A stretch of 64,000 nucleotides of DNA from the human T2T-CHM13v2.0 reference genome, Homo sapiens: NCBI RefSeq assembly GCF_009914755.1, contig NC_060941.1; one strand, written 5' to 3'. Of this stretch, positions 25,331-38,592 are shown piece after piece. The notes below the pieces were generated by a model that was not told where the DNA came from, did not search any database, and saw only the letters and a program-made list of their open reading frames with translations. Positions within the stretch are counted from its first letter, which is position 1. Each line of letters opens with the position of its first letter. The translations under genes were made by a program, and so were the position numbers.

Positions 25331-25724
25331 TCCTGGCCTTGGGACCCCGAGCTGCACAGCCCCAGCACTCTCCCAGTGCACCCCTCCTCCACCTTCCCAA
25401 GCTGCCCGATGGGACCAGCCAATGAAAGGGTGCAGGGACAGGTGTGCAGAACTGGGAGGCTCTGGGGGCCCTCCCTGAGGCCAGCCCTGCCCCTAACTTG
25501 CTGTGTGACCATGAGTTAGCCACTGAGTGTCTCTGGGCTGCACTTTAATCATCTATAAAATGGAGGTAGGAGGAAGTAGGTCTAGATGCTTCCTACGGTC
25601 CTTCCAGCTCCCACTTACTCTACTTTGATTATTCCATGGGAGGTTCCCCTTCAAGTGCCTGCACAGCCACTCCCCAGCCACTAGGGCATCTCCACCTGCC
25701 TGAGGGTAAGAAAGGGCAGGTGGA

Positions 25725-26100
25725 GTTCAGCAGAAACAGCCATGCTCACCAAATATTCCATCTGGAACCCCACACTTCCCAGCCACCTTGCAGTTAGCTG
25801 AGGTCACGTGACAGCTCTGACCAATGGGCTGTGGGCAGAAGCAACAAGCACCATTTCCGGGCTGAAGCATGGAGAAGCAGAGAAGCATGTGATCTCCCCG
25901 CAGTCTCTTCCGGTCTTGCGACCCAGAAGGCCTTGTGGTGACATGGTGGAACTGAGCTGAGCTGGAAGCAGCCCAGGTTGCCAAATTGTCACTTGGAAGA
26001 CACCCCTGGCAACCTTTGTAGAGGTACGAAAAGAACCTTATGCCATTAACATTTTCAGGCTATTGTCACCATGGCATAACCTGACCTATCTTGTCTAAAT
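25725..26100 (+). mobile_element. MLT1I/J-type MaLR LTR
   Basis: CACTTCCCAGCCACCTTGCAGTTAG..GGTCACGTGAC..CTGACCAATGG. Confidence 0.75.
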
Positions 26101-29100
26101 AGCTATTTTCCCAAAAGGACTCAAATAATGGGTGTTTTATATAAAGGATTTAGGAGGCAACTGCTTCATAGTGCAACTAAGTAAAGAGATCCATTAGAGC
26201 AAAAGAATGTGAACTTTCTAACAATGAGGCAGGATCAACAATGAAATGAGCAGTCATCCCAAGGCCCCCTCACTGTACTCCCCATAACTCTTCAGGTGAG
26301 AAGCTTAAAACCAAGTTTAATGAACCAGATATATATAAGAAGTCCGAAGGGCTGGTGACCAAGGTAGAGAATGAGATACGGGGTGTTCTCTGGCACCCAG
26401 GGGGGAATTTTCGCCTGGTGGTGAAAATGGGTCCAGTGAAAGAAGATTCATGGGGTAAATTTCAGGATTGAGAAGGAAATGTTTGGGGGTGGGTTTTACT
26501 CTAGGATTCCATCTATCAAGAGGATGTTAATGAAGAATTGAGCTCAATTTGGTTTTTCTCTTTCCCAGCAGCAAAATTTCACCCAAGGGGATCTCCCATT
26601 CCTCTTTCCTGGAAGAGACTCCAGGGTAAGCAAAAAATAGATCCCATCTCACCTCTACAGGGTGTGAGAATCCTACAGAACTCTTGGTGCATTTTGTAAA
26701 ACCACAAACTTCTTGAGTTTGGAAAGAATTCTGGAGTCTTTCAGTCCTAAGTCACAGACCCCAGCATTGATTATGGAGTCTACAGCAGCACAGAATTCCA
26801 GAGTCACAGAAATCAAAGCTCCAGGACAGTCCTGGAAAGAAACAGGAGAGCGTGGCCACCCATCTGCCCAGCCACCAAGGCCTAACCCACCAGCGGGGCT
26901 ATATTGGCTTCTTCTTGGGGACGCCCAGTACAGCAGGCCCCCTGGTCCTCCCTCCCCAGGCCTGTGTCTCACGTCCCCACAGTGGGATTGCAAGCAAGCT
27001 GTCCCCATGCAGCAGATAAATAAATAAATAAATAAAGAGCATGACTTTGTGTTTGAAGGACGAATGCCAAGTTTCCTCTCTGGGGCCCTCTCGCAAACCT
27101 CCATATATCACCTTCACATGACCAGGCTGGCAGGCCTGCCACCCCCAGCTCTGCTTGGCTGTGATAAACATAGAAGACAATGCATTGCCTACACCCTCAG
27201 GCCCTGAAATGAGGGAAGGGGTGGAAAAATCCATCGAAGCCATTCTAGATTTATGTTTGAAACATTCCAGATTTATGTTTTCCTTTGTCAGGGGAGAAAA
27301 CAAGCAGATATTCCTAAAGGTGTACCTTATAAGCCAGCGCACGTGTGAAGGGGCATCGTGCTGTTTTTGGCAACCACGCTGAGTTCAGTTTTTGCACCAG
27401 GACCTGGACGTGCACACTGACAGGCCCTCATCCCATCACCTTTGGCTTCGCTGCATCCTTCCTTGCTTTGAATCACTTCCTCGACTCCTTCTCCAGGAAT
27501 ACTTCCCAGATTAGACTCATCTATTTCCCAGCCCTTCACCTCAAGCTCTGGGACTCTTCTCAGCCCCCAATGAGTATAGGTCATTCCATAATTGTTTGTT
27601 TCTTTTCATTCCATGAGTTCCTAGAGAATGTTGGCTGCCTTTCCCGCCCTCAGACCAGGAACTCCCCCAGGGAAGGGACATGCCTCCCATCAATCCAGGT
27701 ACTCCTACGGACAGAATGACTGCCCTTCCACACTATCCTTTTGGTAGGTTAATTCACCCTGTATTAAAAAGAATGTGACTATACCGTCTAAACGGGTATT
27801 CCAAACAAGGAGAGACACTTGTGGAGCTTGAAAGTGCATGCAAAATGCTTGTCTATACTTACTGTTTTTTGGAAAGAGGACTATCGCTTTCAAGTGATTC
27901 CTAAATAGATCTGTTGAGAGCCAAAGTGAGACCTTAGGAAGCACCCAGCACTGAAAAGACTGTGGTGCTGCCCTACTAGCACCCACATAGGTAATTCAAG
28001 ACAAAACGGCACTGAGCTGTGCAATGCCAAGCGCCCATGATGCCTAAGTTCATCAGAGCTAAACAGCTCATAATTTTGCTAATATTCTTAGTGCATGCTA
28101 AGTCCCCTTAGCATATAGGTGACTCCTGCCCTGGATTTGCCATGTAGAAAAGGTGAAAAAGCACAGTTTCTGGGGGAGGTTGAGAGCAAAGCTGGTGACT
28201 CCCAGGATGGAGATGGAGAACAGAACACGTCCCTCCCAGCCTCGGAGGTAGGCAAACAGGCAGGATATTAGTCTATATCTGCCACTGGAAACCTCTGTTT
28301 CCCCAATCGGGGGAGGAGCTAAGGAGGTGGAGTCATTTCTATGTTTTCCAAACTGGGATCAGACACAGAATGAAACTATAATATCAGCTGGGCTTTGCTG
28401 GGCTTGGAAACCACTGAGTTCTTACCTCCCCAAATATCCACGCCTACCCCTTCCCTGCCCTCCCTCTCTGAACCCAGGAAAGCATCTGAAATGCTCCAGT
28501 GAAGAAAGGACTTGAAGACCCTCATGAAATCCTCCACTGTCTTCAAAAAGCCATCAGCCCTGAATCTGGTCATCCTCATACACCCCAAACCCACTCTGCC
28601 ATGGCCAAACCAAACACTCTACGCACAGCCCTGGAAGCCAAATCACCCAAGCCAAAGGATCAAGGTGAAGGCTGAGACCCTGCTTCTCAACTCTCTCAGG
28701 ACTCAGAGACCATCAGGAGATGCACAGTGGATGTTGGATAATGTCTGGGGCTCCAGATTAGGAATTGGGAAAACCAGTTCCAGTTTCTGGCTCAGCCACT
28801 GCTGTGCTACTAGAAATTCTATCAACTGAAAATTACAATAGCACTTGACCCCCACACCCTGCCAACAACCCCAACCCCAGGAGAGCCTCAGAACTGAGGC
28901 CAGCCTCTGAACAGCAGCACCAATGGAGGGTTCAGAAAAGGATGAATGGCAAAGTGAGAAAGGGGAGCTGAAGAGAATAAAAACACAACCTAAGCCTGGA
29001 AGTGGGGCTGGGGCGGGGCGGGCAACAGGGCAATTGCCAACAGGTAGGAGGTGGAGAGGAGGTCGTCCTGCATACATGGGGGATGGGGAAGGTAATCTCT

Positions 29101-29189
29101 ATCCTGTACCCCCAGCACCCTGAGAATTAAAACCACAATCCTGACCCATGCACACAACAGAACACTGCGGGGCCATAAACTACAATGTT

Positions 29190-29445
29190 GGGAGGATATT
29201 TATTGACGTGGAAAAATGCTTACATATATTTCAAGTGAAAAGGCAGGTTGCAAAATAATATGTACAGTATGATGCCATTCTTGTAAGGGGAAAAATATCT
29301 TTATACAAGTCTGGAAATATATACACCCAAAATTCCAACAGTGCTTATCTCCAGGTGGTAGATTGTGCATTTTTATCATCTTTACACTTACCTATATTTT
29401 CTAATTCTTTTATAATAATAGGCATTATCTGTGTAATTGGTTAAG
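29190..29445 (+). mobile_element. L1ME 3' end fragment
   Basis: AAGTGAAAAGGCAGGTTGCAAAATAATATGTACAGTATGAT..CTGGAAATATATACACC. Confidence 0.7.
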
Positions 29446-29529
29446 GCTTTCTTAAAATAAGTAAATACATCAATAATTTTTGCAGGGTAGTATGGGCAGG
29501 AAAAGAACAGCCAGCCACCTGGATCCAGG

Positions 29530-30240
29530 GGGTGGGGAAAATGGGAGGTGGGAGGAAGGACTCACCTAGGAGGGGGGTGGGGGAGGACGGAGGGTGGGAG
29601 GATTCACCCAGGATGGGGGTTAGGGGAGGGTAGAGGGTGAGAGGACTCAGCCAGGAGGGGTTGGAGAGGATGGAGGGTGGGAGGACTCACCTAGGAGGAG
29701 GGTGGGGAGGATGGAGGATGGGAGGACTCACCCAGGAGGGGTTGGAGAGGATGGAGAGTGGGAGGATTCACCTAGGAAGGGGGTGCGGAGGATGGAGGGT
29801 GGAAGGACTCAGGATGGGGGTGTGGAGGATGGAGGGTGGAAGGACTCACTTAGGATGGGGGTGGGGAGGATGGAGGGTGGGAGGACTTACCCAAGATGGG
29901 GTGGGGGGAGGATGGAGGATGGGAGGACTCTCTTAGGATGGGAGTAGAGGAGGATGGAGAGTGGAAGGGCTCACCCAGGAGAAGGTGGGGGGAGGATGGA
30001 AGGTGGAAGGACTCACTTAGGATGGGTGGAGGGGAGGATGGAAGGTGAAAGGACTCACTTAAGATGGAGGTAGGGAAGGATGGAGGATAGGAGGACTCAC
30101 TTAGGAGGGGGGTGGGGAGGAACGAGGGTGGAAGGACTCACCCAGGAGAAGGTGGATGGAGGGTGGAAGGACTCACTTAGGATGGAGGTGGGAGAGGATG
30201 CAGGGTGGGAGGACTCACCCAGGATGGAGGTAAAGTAGGA
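29530..30240. repeat. G-rich VNTR, 17 diverged units of about 35-43 bp
   Basis: Consensus about GGAGGATGGAGGGTGGRAGGACTCACYYAGGATGGGGGTGG; 17 GGACTCAC-like anchors between 29558 and 30218. Confidence 0.95.
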
Positions 30241-30879
30241 AGGAAGAAGATGCCTCCCTAATAGGACAAAGGCCTCGTTACAAAGACTAGATTGTGAGGC
30301 CCTGCCTCTTCCAACTTCTTTCCCTTCCCAAATCTCCACAGAGCCCAGAGGTCCTCCCACTCCTCAGAGGAGAGAAGTCTAGTCTGGAAGCCCACAGCTG
30401 CCCCATATAGGGCAGAGGCAAGGGATGCAGCAGCAGGAAATCCCAAGGAGAGATGCGGGCTTGTCAGGCTAAGCCTGGCGCATGTGAGACGAAGGCAGGC
30501 ATCTGAGACAGTAGTGAGCTTGGGGAGGCTCCTGAGGAGGGATATCCCATAACGACCCCTCCAGGGCAGGCAGGTGGCCCAGGGTGACAGGAGAGGCAGC
30601 TTGGAGGGCCCTGAGAAGCAAATGACCCAGCAGTTAATCCAGGCCCCATTGGTTGGCAACTTTAGGGCTGGCTGGGCCGGGAGCTCTGTGGAGCTCTTGG
30701 CCTGGTGGGAAGAGGCAGGCAGGGAAGGTGAATAGCACTTCCCAGCCTTCTCCGATGGCAAGATAGGAAAGGCTGAGCAGACCCCGGTGGTCACTGCCTG
30801 TGTCACTTGGGTGTTTGTTATTCTCTTTGTTCCTGTCTATTTCCCCTCTGTCATTAGCAGTTGAAACCCTTAAAATGGC

Positions 30880-31010
30880 CAGGAGCCTTCTTGACTGGAT
30901 AATAATCAGAGCTCCTAAAACATCCATGGACTGCCTTTATAGGTGGTGAGCTTCCTGTCCCCGGAGATATTCACACAGAAACTGGGCCACTATCCTGGTC
31001 AGCTCTCAAG
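30880..31010 (+). mobile_element. CR1/L3-like 3' fragment
   Basis: GGACTGCCTT..AGGTGGTGAGCTTCCTGTCCCCGGAGATATTCA. Confidence 0.5.
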
Positions 31011-31689
31011 GGTTATTGAGTCAGAAAGAGAGTCACACCTCTGAGGTCCATCCCATTCCTGAGATCCTCTGAGTCCATGAGAGTGCGTTTTAGGGGCAAT
31101 GGCTGGGAAGAAGGCACCTGGCCTAAAAATTGAAATTGGTGAAGGCAGGCATTCCCCATCCTGTCCCCAGTCCTCATAGACCAGCATTTGAAGGACAAAT
31201 GCATCTGCCTGCAGGACTGGCCCAGCAAGGACTCTGGTTCTGGAAGAGGTGCCTTTGCCCTGTATGACCACCTGCTTGGGCAGAAGTGGGGGTTTCTGGT
31301 CAGCCTTGCTAGATATCTGTACCAAGCAGGTTACATGCCTGGTATAAAGAGAAGCAGAAGCATTTCAGCTCCAGGTCATCTGGGGCAGTTTACAAGGTCA
31401 CAGGGTTCCTTACACACTGAAATACTGGACCCATCATATTCATCTTTTAGCGAACACATCAATGTGAGAACACAAACCTTCCACAAGCATCCAGCAGCAT
31501 GCGGAATCAGGGCAAACATCAGTATCATCGTCGTTCATAGAGGGGAATCAACAAACATAAAAAGAAAAAAGCTATGAAAACTTGCATTGGTCGTGCAAAA
31601 CCTACAATTAGTAGTCAAACTGGATATTTCCCATTTCCCCCAAATGCAGCCTGGTAACCACTGTATTTGTTGTTAAATGGAGAGGATTT

Positions 31690-31810
31690 CTAGAAAAGCA
31701 TACTTGGGCTTGCTCTAAGGGAGAGTTTCCCAGTAATGAGGGCTGCTGGACAGTGGGACCTGTTGCTCAGGGACGCTGTGCACTCCCTGTACCTGGAATG
31801 CTCGAGTGGA
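31690..31810 (+). mobile_element. CR1/L3-like 3' fragment
   Basis: GAGAGTTTCCCAGTAATGAGGGCTGCT..CAGTGG..CTCCCTGTACCTGGA. Confidence 0.45.
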
Positions 31811-31819
31811 GACCAGCTG

Positions 31820-32308
31820 TGATGGAGGGCCGGCTGGGTCTCCTCCACTCCCCTCTCAGATCCACTCTGTCTTCACCCTGTTCCTGCCCAAGGAAGCTGA
31901 CCAGCCTGGACCCCATCACAGGCCCTGACTCCTTCTGACTTCTGTCGGTCTGACCAGTGGGGAGCCATGGAAGGGGACCGAAGAGAAGAGAGGTGAACAT
32001 TTCCCAGGCTGCTTCTCTGCAGGGCTTCCTTCCATAGAAGGTCACAGCTCCTCTCTGACCAGACTGCATCACACAGTCCCTGTGACATCTGGCTTGTGGT
32101 CATCACTCTCTGCTCTCACCAATCGCTGCCTAAGGAGGGTCACAGCCAGGTAATACTTGTTACTAACCCCAAGGGACTACACTAATCTGTGTGCTTTCTC
32201 TATACCCTGCCCACACCTTAATAAATTGTCACTGTACTGAAAACCCCCATGGAATTATCCTAATGTGAGTGTGCCATCTGTTTCCTGCCAAGATCCTGAC
32301 TAATACAC
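31820..32308 (+). mobile_element. LTR41-like ERVL LTR
   Basis: End AATTATCCTAATGTGAGTGTGCCATCTGTTTCCTGCC..CCTGACTAATACA. Confidence 0.6.
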
Positions 32309-33531
32309 AGGATCCCTAATCAGACAAAAAAAGTAAACGATACAGTCTCTCTTCATTGTGCAGTTAAGTCAGTAGTTCCAGGAAATGTGAGTAAGATTCA
32401 CTTGGTTGTCCGCTTCATTTCATTACGGTACTAAACTTGATGTTATCAGTTGTGGCTTGTGGCTCACAACTTCCCAAACCATTGCTCCCTATGCCCACTT
32501 GTTCTACAGATGGAGAAACTGAGTCCTAGAACCTTACCCAAGATCACAAGCAAACACAGAAGGCCAGGAACTCCAGGACCCCTCCCCAGGTGCCTTCTCC
32601 GAGCAGAGCAAGCCAAGGGGGCTCCGCCACCCTTCCCTGTCCCCCTCCCACAACTGAGACTGCCGCCTCTTCTCTCCCCAGTCCCCTTCCCTCCCCAGTC
32701 CCTGGTGGGGGAGGCCCTTGGGGAAAATGATGAGTTTTTTATAGCATTTCGTGGTAAGCACTTAATAACTCTCCAGGCTATAGATCTGTGCCTCGCATGG
32801 GCTGGGGATAATTCACAGTAAAATATGACTTTCCATTTATCACACTGACGTGTAATAAATACTTCTCAGTGAAGCTTGGGCTCAAAAGGGGGGTAGGGTG
32901 AGCAACCATCAGATGAGGCTCTGTGACTGAGTGTTGGGGTTCAGGCTCACGGCAGGCACACTCAGGGCCTGAGCAAACCTGAGCCTGAAGCTAGCAGAAC
33001 CCTGGGTCAAGGGGCACTTCCAATGTAATGTGCCAAGGCTGCCCCTCAGTTCTCCACCAGCTTTGCCACCATTTCTGAGAAATCAAGTCCCCCGCTCCTG
33101 CAGCCAAACTCCTTGAGGACAGTGGGGCCTGTGTCCAAAAAGTCCAGGCAAATTTCCTCTTCCTCCCGTTCCCATCTGGCTCCCTCTGACTGGTCTCAAG
33201 GAGCTTCCTATTCCCCCAACCTTTCCAGCCCCACGGACACTGTGCTAATCATCGGACATTTGGGTTGTTTTCAAACTTTCTGCATATCCAATAACCACAA
33301 CAGCTCCTATTCATTCAGCATTTGCCATGAATCAGAAACATTTGCTCAGTTAATTCTCAAAACCACCCAAGGCATTATCGCCATCCCCAGCTCTCAAGAG
33401 GGGGCACTGACACTCAGTGGGTTGAGTGACTTGCCTACAATCATATTGTGGTGATATGATGGGGTCAGACTCAAACCAACTACAAGACAGCCAGATTTGG
33501 ATTAAGACTGATGCCACTGTCTTAATGACTA

Positions 33532-33960
33532 TGTGTCTTAGGTCAGGCTCTCCCAGATACAGATCCTGAGACAGGATTTGAGTACAAGAAGTTTATTTAT
33601 GAGGTGACTCCAGGAAGCACCAGAGGGAGAGGAGGGCTATGAGACAGGGAAGAGAAGGAAGTCAATAACCAGGTCAGTGACCAGGTTTCTATGGAGGACA
33701 ACTGAGGAACTCAGGGACAGGAGAGAGCAGACTTCAGGGTTATCCACACAACAAGAAAGGAAGCTGGGGTACACAACCTCCAGCTCCTGTCAGTCAGGAG
33801 CAGAGGGCATGAGATGGCTGAGCAGGTTCCAGTAGCCAGAAAGGCCTTAGGGCAAAGAGTCTCAGGTTGCAAGCTGGCAGTTGGCAACCATATGGTCCTC
33901 ATGCATGGAGATAGGGAGTGCCAAGGGGACATGGGCAAGGCACTGGTAGCATCTGCCTCT
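33532..33960 (-). mobile_element. Ancient ERVL-type LTR
   Basis: TGTCTTAGGTCAGG..CAGATCCTGAGACAGGATTTGAGTACAAGAAGTTTATTT..GAGGTGA..CCAGGAAGCAC. Confidence 0.6.
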
Positions 33961-35498
33961 CTGCTCGGACCTCACCAGACTGCTGTTGTCACCTGCCTGG
34001 AATATGCTGTGGTCTCCTAGATGAGACCTGTCTTGGTCTTGCCCCATGTGGTACATCCTCCAGCTCCAAATAGGAAACACATTCCACTTTAGCCCACACA
34101 GCAAAGAATAGACTGGGAAAGTGCCCCCTCCACCAGGAAAGACACCTTACTGAAGCCTGCAGGTGCATCCCTGACCACACAAAGGCAGAGACCACCAGGC
34201 CTAGATTCTCTCTGAATCCTCACCCTGGGCCCAAGGAGTGTCTCATGCACAGTAAGTACTCAGTGACTCTTGCTGCATTTGAAATAAAACTCCCCAGGTA
34301 CACTTTGTACTGAGGGGAGTGCTTCTTCCCAAGGAGCACCCTGCTCTATGGCCCCACCTTGCAGGGACAAGGGTGCTGAGTGTTAGGTGCTGGCCCAATC
34401 CCTTCAGCGTCTGAGCCTGCCCCTGTGAGCTCCCAGGGAGTGGAGAACCCTCACAACGCAGAGGACCTGAGTGGTGGGCAGTCTTATCTAGAAGAACTGG
34501 TGGAGGACAGGGACAATGGCAGGAGTGGCAAGAGCACTGTGCTGGGGGTTGGGAGGCCAGGGTGCTTGTCCCAGCCAAGCCACTTGCCCACAGTGTGAAG
34601 ACTCAAGGGGTCTGTTTGCAATGAGCACTTAGGGATGAGGAGCATGTCCCACATGAAGAGCACTGCACATGGGATGGAGGGAAGAGTTTTGACCCCACAG
34701 TCCAATTCTGCAGTTAACTTAGAAGACGTGGCCACTTGGTCATGGTCCCCTCTACTTACACCTTCTTCATTAGGAATAATTACACTGTAATAATTCTAAG
34801 AAAATCCATATAGTATAATAACACTCAAGGCATCCTATATGACATGAAGATCCCCTCCTCCAAGAAGCCTTCCCCGATATCCCCTCTCTACCACTTCTAA
34901 TGAAGAATGGACCATGCCCTCCTCAGTAGCTTGCTCTGTCCACTGTATGCTGCCACCCCAGCCCCCAGTGTGTGGTTGCCTCCCCTAGTTAACTGTGAGA
35001 TCCCTGGAGACTGAGTCTTAATCTTGTCTTATCATGTGCACATGCAGGCATATGCATGCATACACACACACTACCCAGAGCTGAGCCCGGAGCGTGACTC
35101 AGAATCAGGCTCACTACATGCTGGTCAAATGCATGTCTAAGTGATTGAATTAATGAATTGATTAATAAGTGGTGTCATAATCCTGACTCGAGAAATCCTT
35201 TGGACCAGCACCTACACAAGGTTGCTGAACAAAAGCAGATAAACTCAGCTAAGTAAAGTCCTCAGCCCAGCGACTGACCCACTTGTTTCTCTCTTCCCCC
35301 TTAGTGGCCTGATGAGCACAGCTACTTCCTACCATCTTGATCCAAAGACCCTGTACAGAGCTGATGCTCCCCTAAGCCCACGAAAGAAGAGACTTTGCAG
35401 GGTTGGGATGAATCCCTAGAAGAAGAGGCACATCCTCCTTCCCCCAAAACTCTTGAGACAAAGGAAATCTCCACTCACCCTCCTGTAGTTACCTACAC

Positions 35499-36027
35499 CA
35501 GGGGTCCCCAAGCCCCAGGCCACAGACCAGTACCAGTCTGTTGCCTGTTAGGAACCAGGTCGCACACCAGGAGGTGAGCTGCTGGCAAGAGAGCAAAGAG
35601 TTTTTATCAACAGCCGCTCCACATGGCTCGAATTACTGCCTGAGCTCCGCCTCTTGTCAGATGAGCGGTGGCATTAGATTCTCATAGGAGTGTGGACCCT
35701 GTTGTGAACTGTGCATGTGAGGGATCTAGGTTGCAGTCTCCTTATGAGAATCTAATGCCTGATGATCTGTCACTGTCTCCCATCACCCCCAGAGGGGACC
35801 ATCTAGTTGCAGGAAAACAAGTGCAGGACTCCCACTGATTCTACACTATGGTGAGTTGTGTAATTATTTCATTATCTATTACAATGTAATAATAATAGAA
35901 ATAAAGTGCACAATAAATGTAATGGGCTCGAATCATCCTAAAACCATCCCCACCCCCACCCCTAGTCCATGGAAAAATTATCTTCCTCAAAACCAGTCTC
36001 TGGTGCCAAAGAGGTTAGGGACTGCTT
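35499..36027 (+). mobile_element. MER1A hAT-Charlie element (near full length)
   Basis: TIR CAGGGGTCCCCAA; GGCATTAGATTCTCATAGGAG..CTCCTTATGAGAATCTAATGCC internal inverted repeat; end TGGTGCCAAAGAGGTTAGGGACTGCT. Confidence 0.9.
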
Positions 36028-37309
36028 CTCTATACTCTCCCTCCCTGCCCGGCACCCAGGTCAGGAAATGGACCAGGTGAACCCCATCAGCAACATTATT
36101 CAACTCCATGATTGAGAAATTCTCTCAGGTCCTGAGTGAGCTCCACAACTCGCCATTCTTAGAGGGCAGGGTGTATGTGAACCCATTTCTCAGAAGGTGA
36201 AGCTGAAGCTCCAAGAGGGACAATAGCTCTCCAAAAGCCACTCAGCAGGTGGATGGGAGAGTGGGAACCTGGGTTCCCTAACACAGCCAGATAAGATGGG
36301 AGCATCTACGCCCAAATGTGAACAGGGATTTGCCTCCTGCAGCCAGAGGTGCTGCCCAACCCCTGCCTCCCACTCCAGATTTGAAGCAAAGAGCAATAAA
36401 CAGTTTGTGGCATTTCTTGCCTGTCGGAGTGTATTTCTAGCTTACAGAGGATACATGGGTTTCTGAATAATTAAGTACGATGCTTGGCATCTAGGGCCCA
36501 AGACTCCAAAAACACAAAGAACTTGAGGCAGAAAATTCCCATCAGCAACCAAGTCAGAGAGAGTCCGTGACATTTGCTCCTCCCATCTGAGGACCAGGCA
36601 GACCTGGGCTCCACTTGGGAGCAAGAACCAGTCTGGAAGGGCCTTCCAAGATGATCTGGGCCCAGCACCTCATTTCTAAACAAGAGAACAGAGGGCCAGA
36701 GAGGAGATTCACCAAGGGTCACTGAGTCTCAAGGGTGAGTCTGAAGCCCTGGAACAATGGCGAAGGTTCCAGACATTGACCCAAATACCAAGGTGGATCC
36801 ACTCTACTTCTTTCCAGCAGCGTTGCCATGGGCAAGTCACTTTATTCCCCTGAATCTCAGCTTTTCCCTTCTGTCAAATGGGAACAATAAAACCTTACAC
36901 ATGTTAATAACCCCATCTATTCTACAGATGCGGGGGGGAAAAGGATGATGAATGTGAAAGTTATTGGTGAATTTTAGGTAGATTTCCAAGGTGAGAAGCT
37001 AGGTCCTCTTCCTCTGGGGCCCACTATCATGCTCTCTTTTCTCTCTCCTCTGCCTTCCCCTCCTCTTCTTCCTTCTCATCTTCCTCTCACCCCTGCTGCC
37101 TCCAAGAAAGGACTGAAGGACACGTTCAAGAAGCAGCAGAAAAACAAGGTTAAATTAGAATTAAACAAAGTGCCAACTTTAGAGGAGCAACAGAACTCCA
37201 CAGAGAGGCGCAGCTGGTAACACAGCCTACTGGGGAAAAACACAGGATTAAAGGTCAACAGACTTAAAGTTGGTCGCATCTCAGGACAGCGAATAAACAT
37301 CATCACTAG

Positions 37310-37540
37310 CATTGACTCACTGCTAACTATGTCCCAGCACCATGCTGAGCTCCTTACATACTTTGTCACATTCAGTACTTACAACAATCCTATGAAATAA
37401 GGTAAAGTCTTCATTTTATAGAATGAGAAAACTGAGGCTGAGAGAGGTTAAGTAACTTAGCAAAGTCACACAGCTAGTAAGTGGTGGAGCCAGGATTCAA
37501 ACCAAGAGGTCTGCCTCCAAGCCTGCACGCTGAAGCCCTC
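37310..37540 (-). mobile_element. MIR
   Basis: GAGAAAACTGAGGCTGAGAGAGGTTAAGTAACTT..GTCACACAGCTAGTAAGTGGTGGAGCCAGGATTCAAACC. Confidence 0.9.
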
Positions 37541-38592
37541 TACCTGCCTGTCTCCTTAGAGCATTACAGGAGGTCTCTCTGGACCTCAGGGTCTCCATGC
37601 AGCTCAGAGACAGCAGAGGGGCCTGTGTGAGTATCCAAAGGTATAATTTACTAGAGATGGTTAAAAAAAACAAAACAAAAAAAAAGAAAGAACCAAAAAA
37701 TTCCTCCCATCTCTGCCCCTGTTGAGATACAGAAAAGGGCAAGGAAAGAAGAGGAAGAAATAAGTTGAGTAACTTTTGTTTTAGCCTTTCAGCTGCATAA
37801 ATCATCCCGGGGCCAGAGAACTGAAATAATTCAGAGGGAAGATGAGCACGCATTTATCACGCCCTGCACATACTAAGTGTCCCCTATTGAAGTCCAGTCT
37901 CACCACCGGAGCTAGGATACACACTGTCCCACCACCTTCACCTTTGCTCTGGGAATAAGGCCTCCAGTCCAGAGGGCTTCTTTTTCTTCCCCAGACCCAA
38001 AACTCGCTGATAGACCCCCCAGAAAAATGGTAGTTAGATAGGAATTTCAGGGGCTAAGGCAGGACTCCCCTCGACTAGGGACTCAAGTCACAAAGGCCAC
38101 CAGACCAGCTTCCCACAGCCTCTATTCCCACCCTCCATCCTCCCTCTGCGATCACTCCACTCTGGAGGTGGGGCTGCCTGGAAAGACCTCAGGAAGACAG
38201 AGAATCCAGCTCTCACTCAGAGGAGCCAGGTGGGAATGGCCTTAGCAATGTCCTCCTCCAACAACCCCATTTTACACAGAGACACTGAGCCCCAAAGCAT
38301 GCAAAGCCTATCAGAGGTCCCAGGGCTCATTGGGAGCAAAGCCCAGAGGCTCCTGATCGAGTGCTCTCCTCTTTCACTAACCATCCCCCAGCCTCCAGTC
38401 ATGGCTATGTCATTGTCCACCAGACCCTGCACTGTGTATGTGAGGCTGAGGTGCTACAGGGCCCACCAGATCCCTGCGGCTCCTCCACCCTGGGGCTGAA
38501 CTGGGAAGGTGGAGAGAGGCAGCCTGGTGCAAAGGAACCCATCCAGAGTTTCCACGCCAGGCAGGCCTGGCTTCAAATCCCAGCTTGGCCAT

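Noticed and set aside
29637-29947. Gly-rich repetitive ORFs
   Set aside because: Translations of the VNTR with no promoter or splice context
31230-31670. Unassigned stretch ending CTGGTAACCACTG, possibly an old hAT element
   Set aside because: No matching left terminal repeat or family could be identified confidently, so it is left unannotated
35670-35760. Long hairpin GGCATTAGATTCTCATAGGAG...CTCCTTATGAGAATCTAATGCC as a candidate pre-miRNA
   Set aside because: It is the standard internal inverted repeat of MER1 elements
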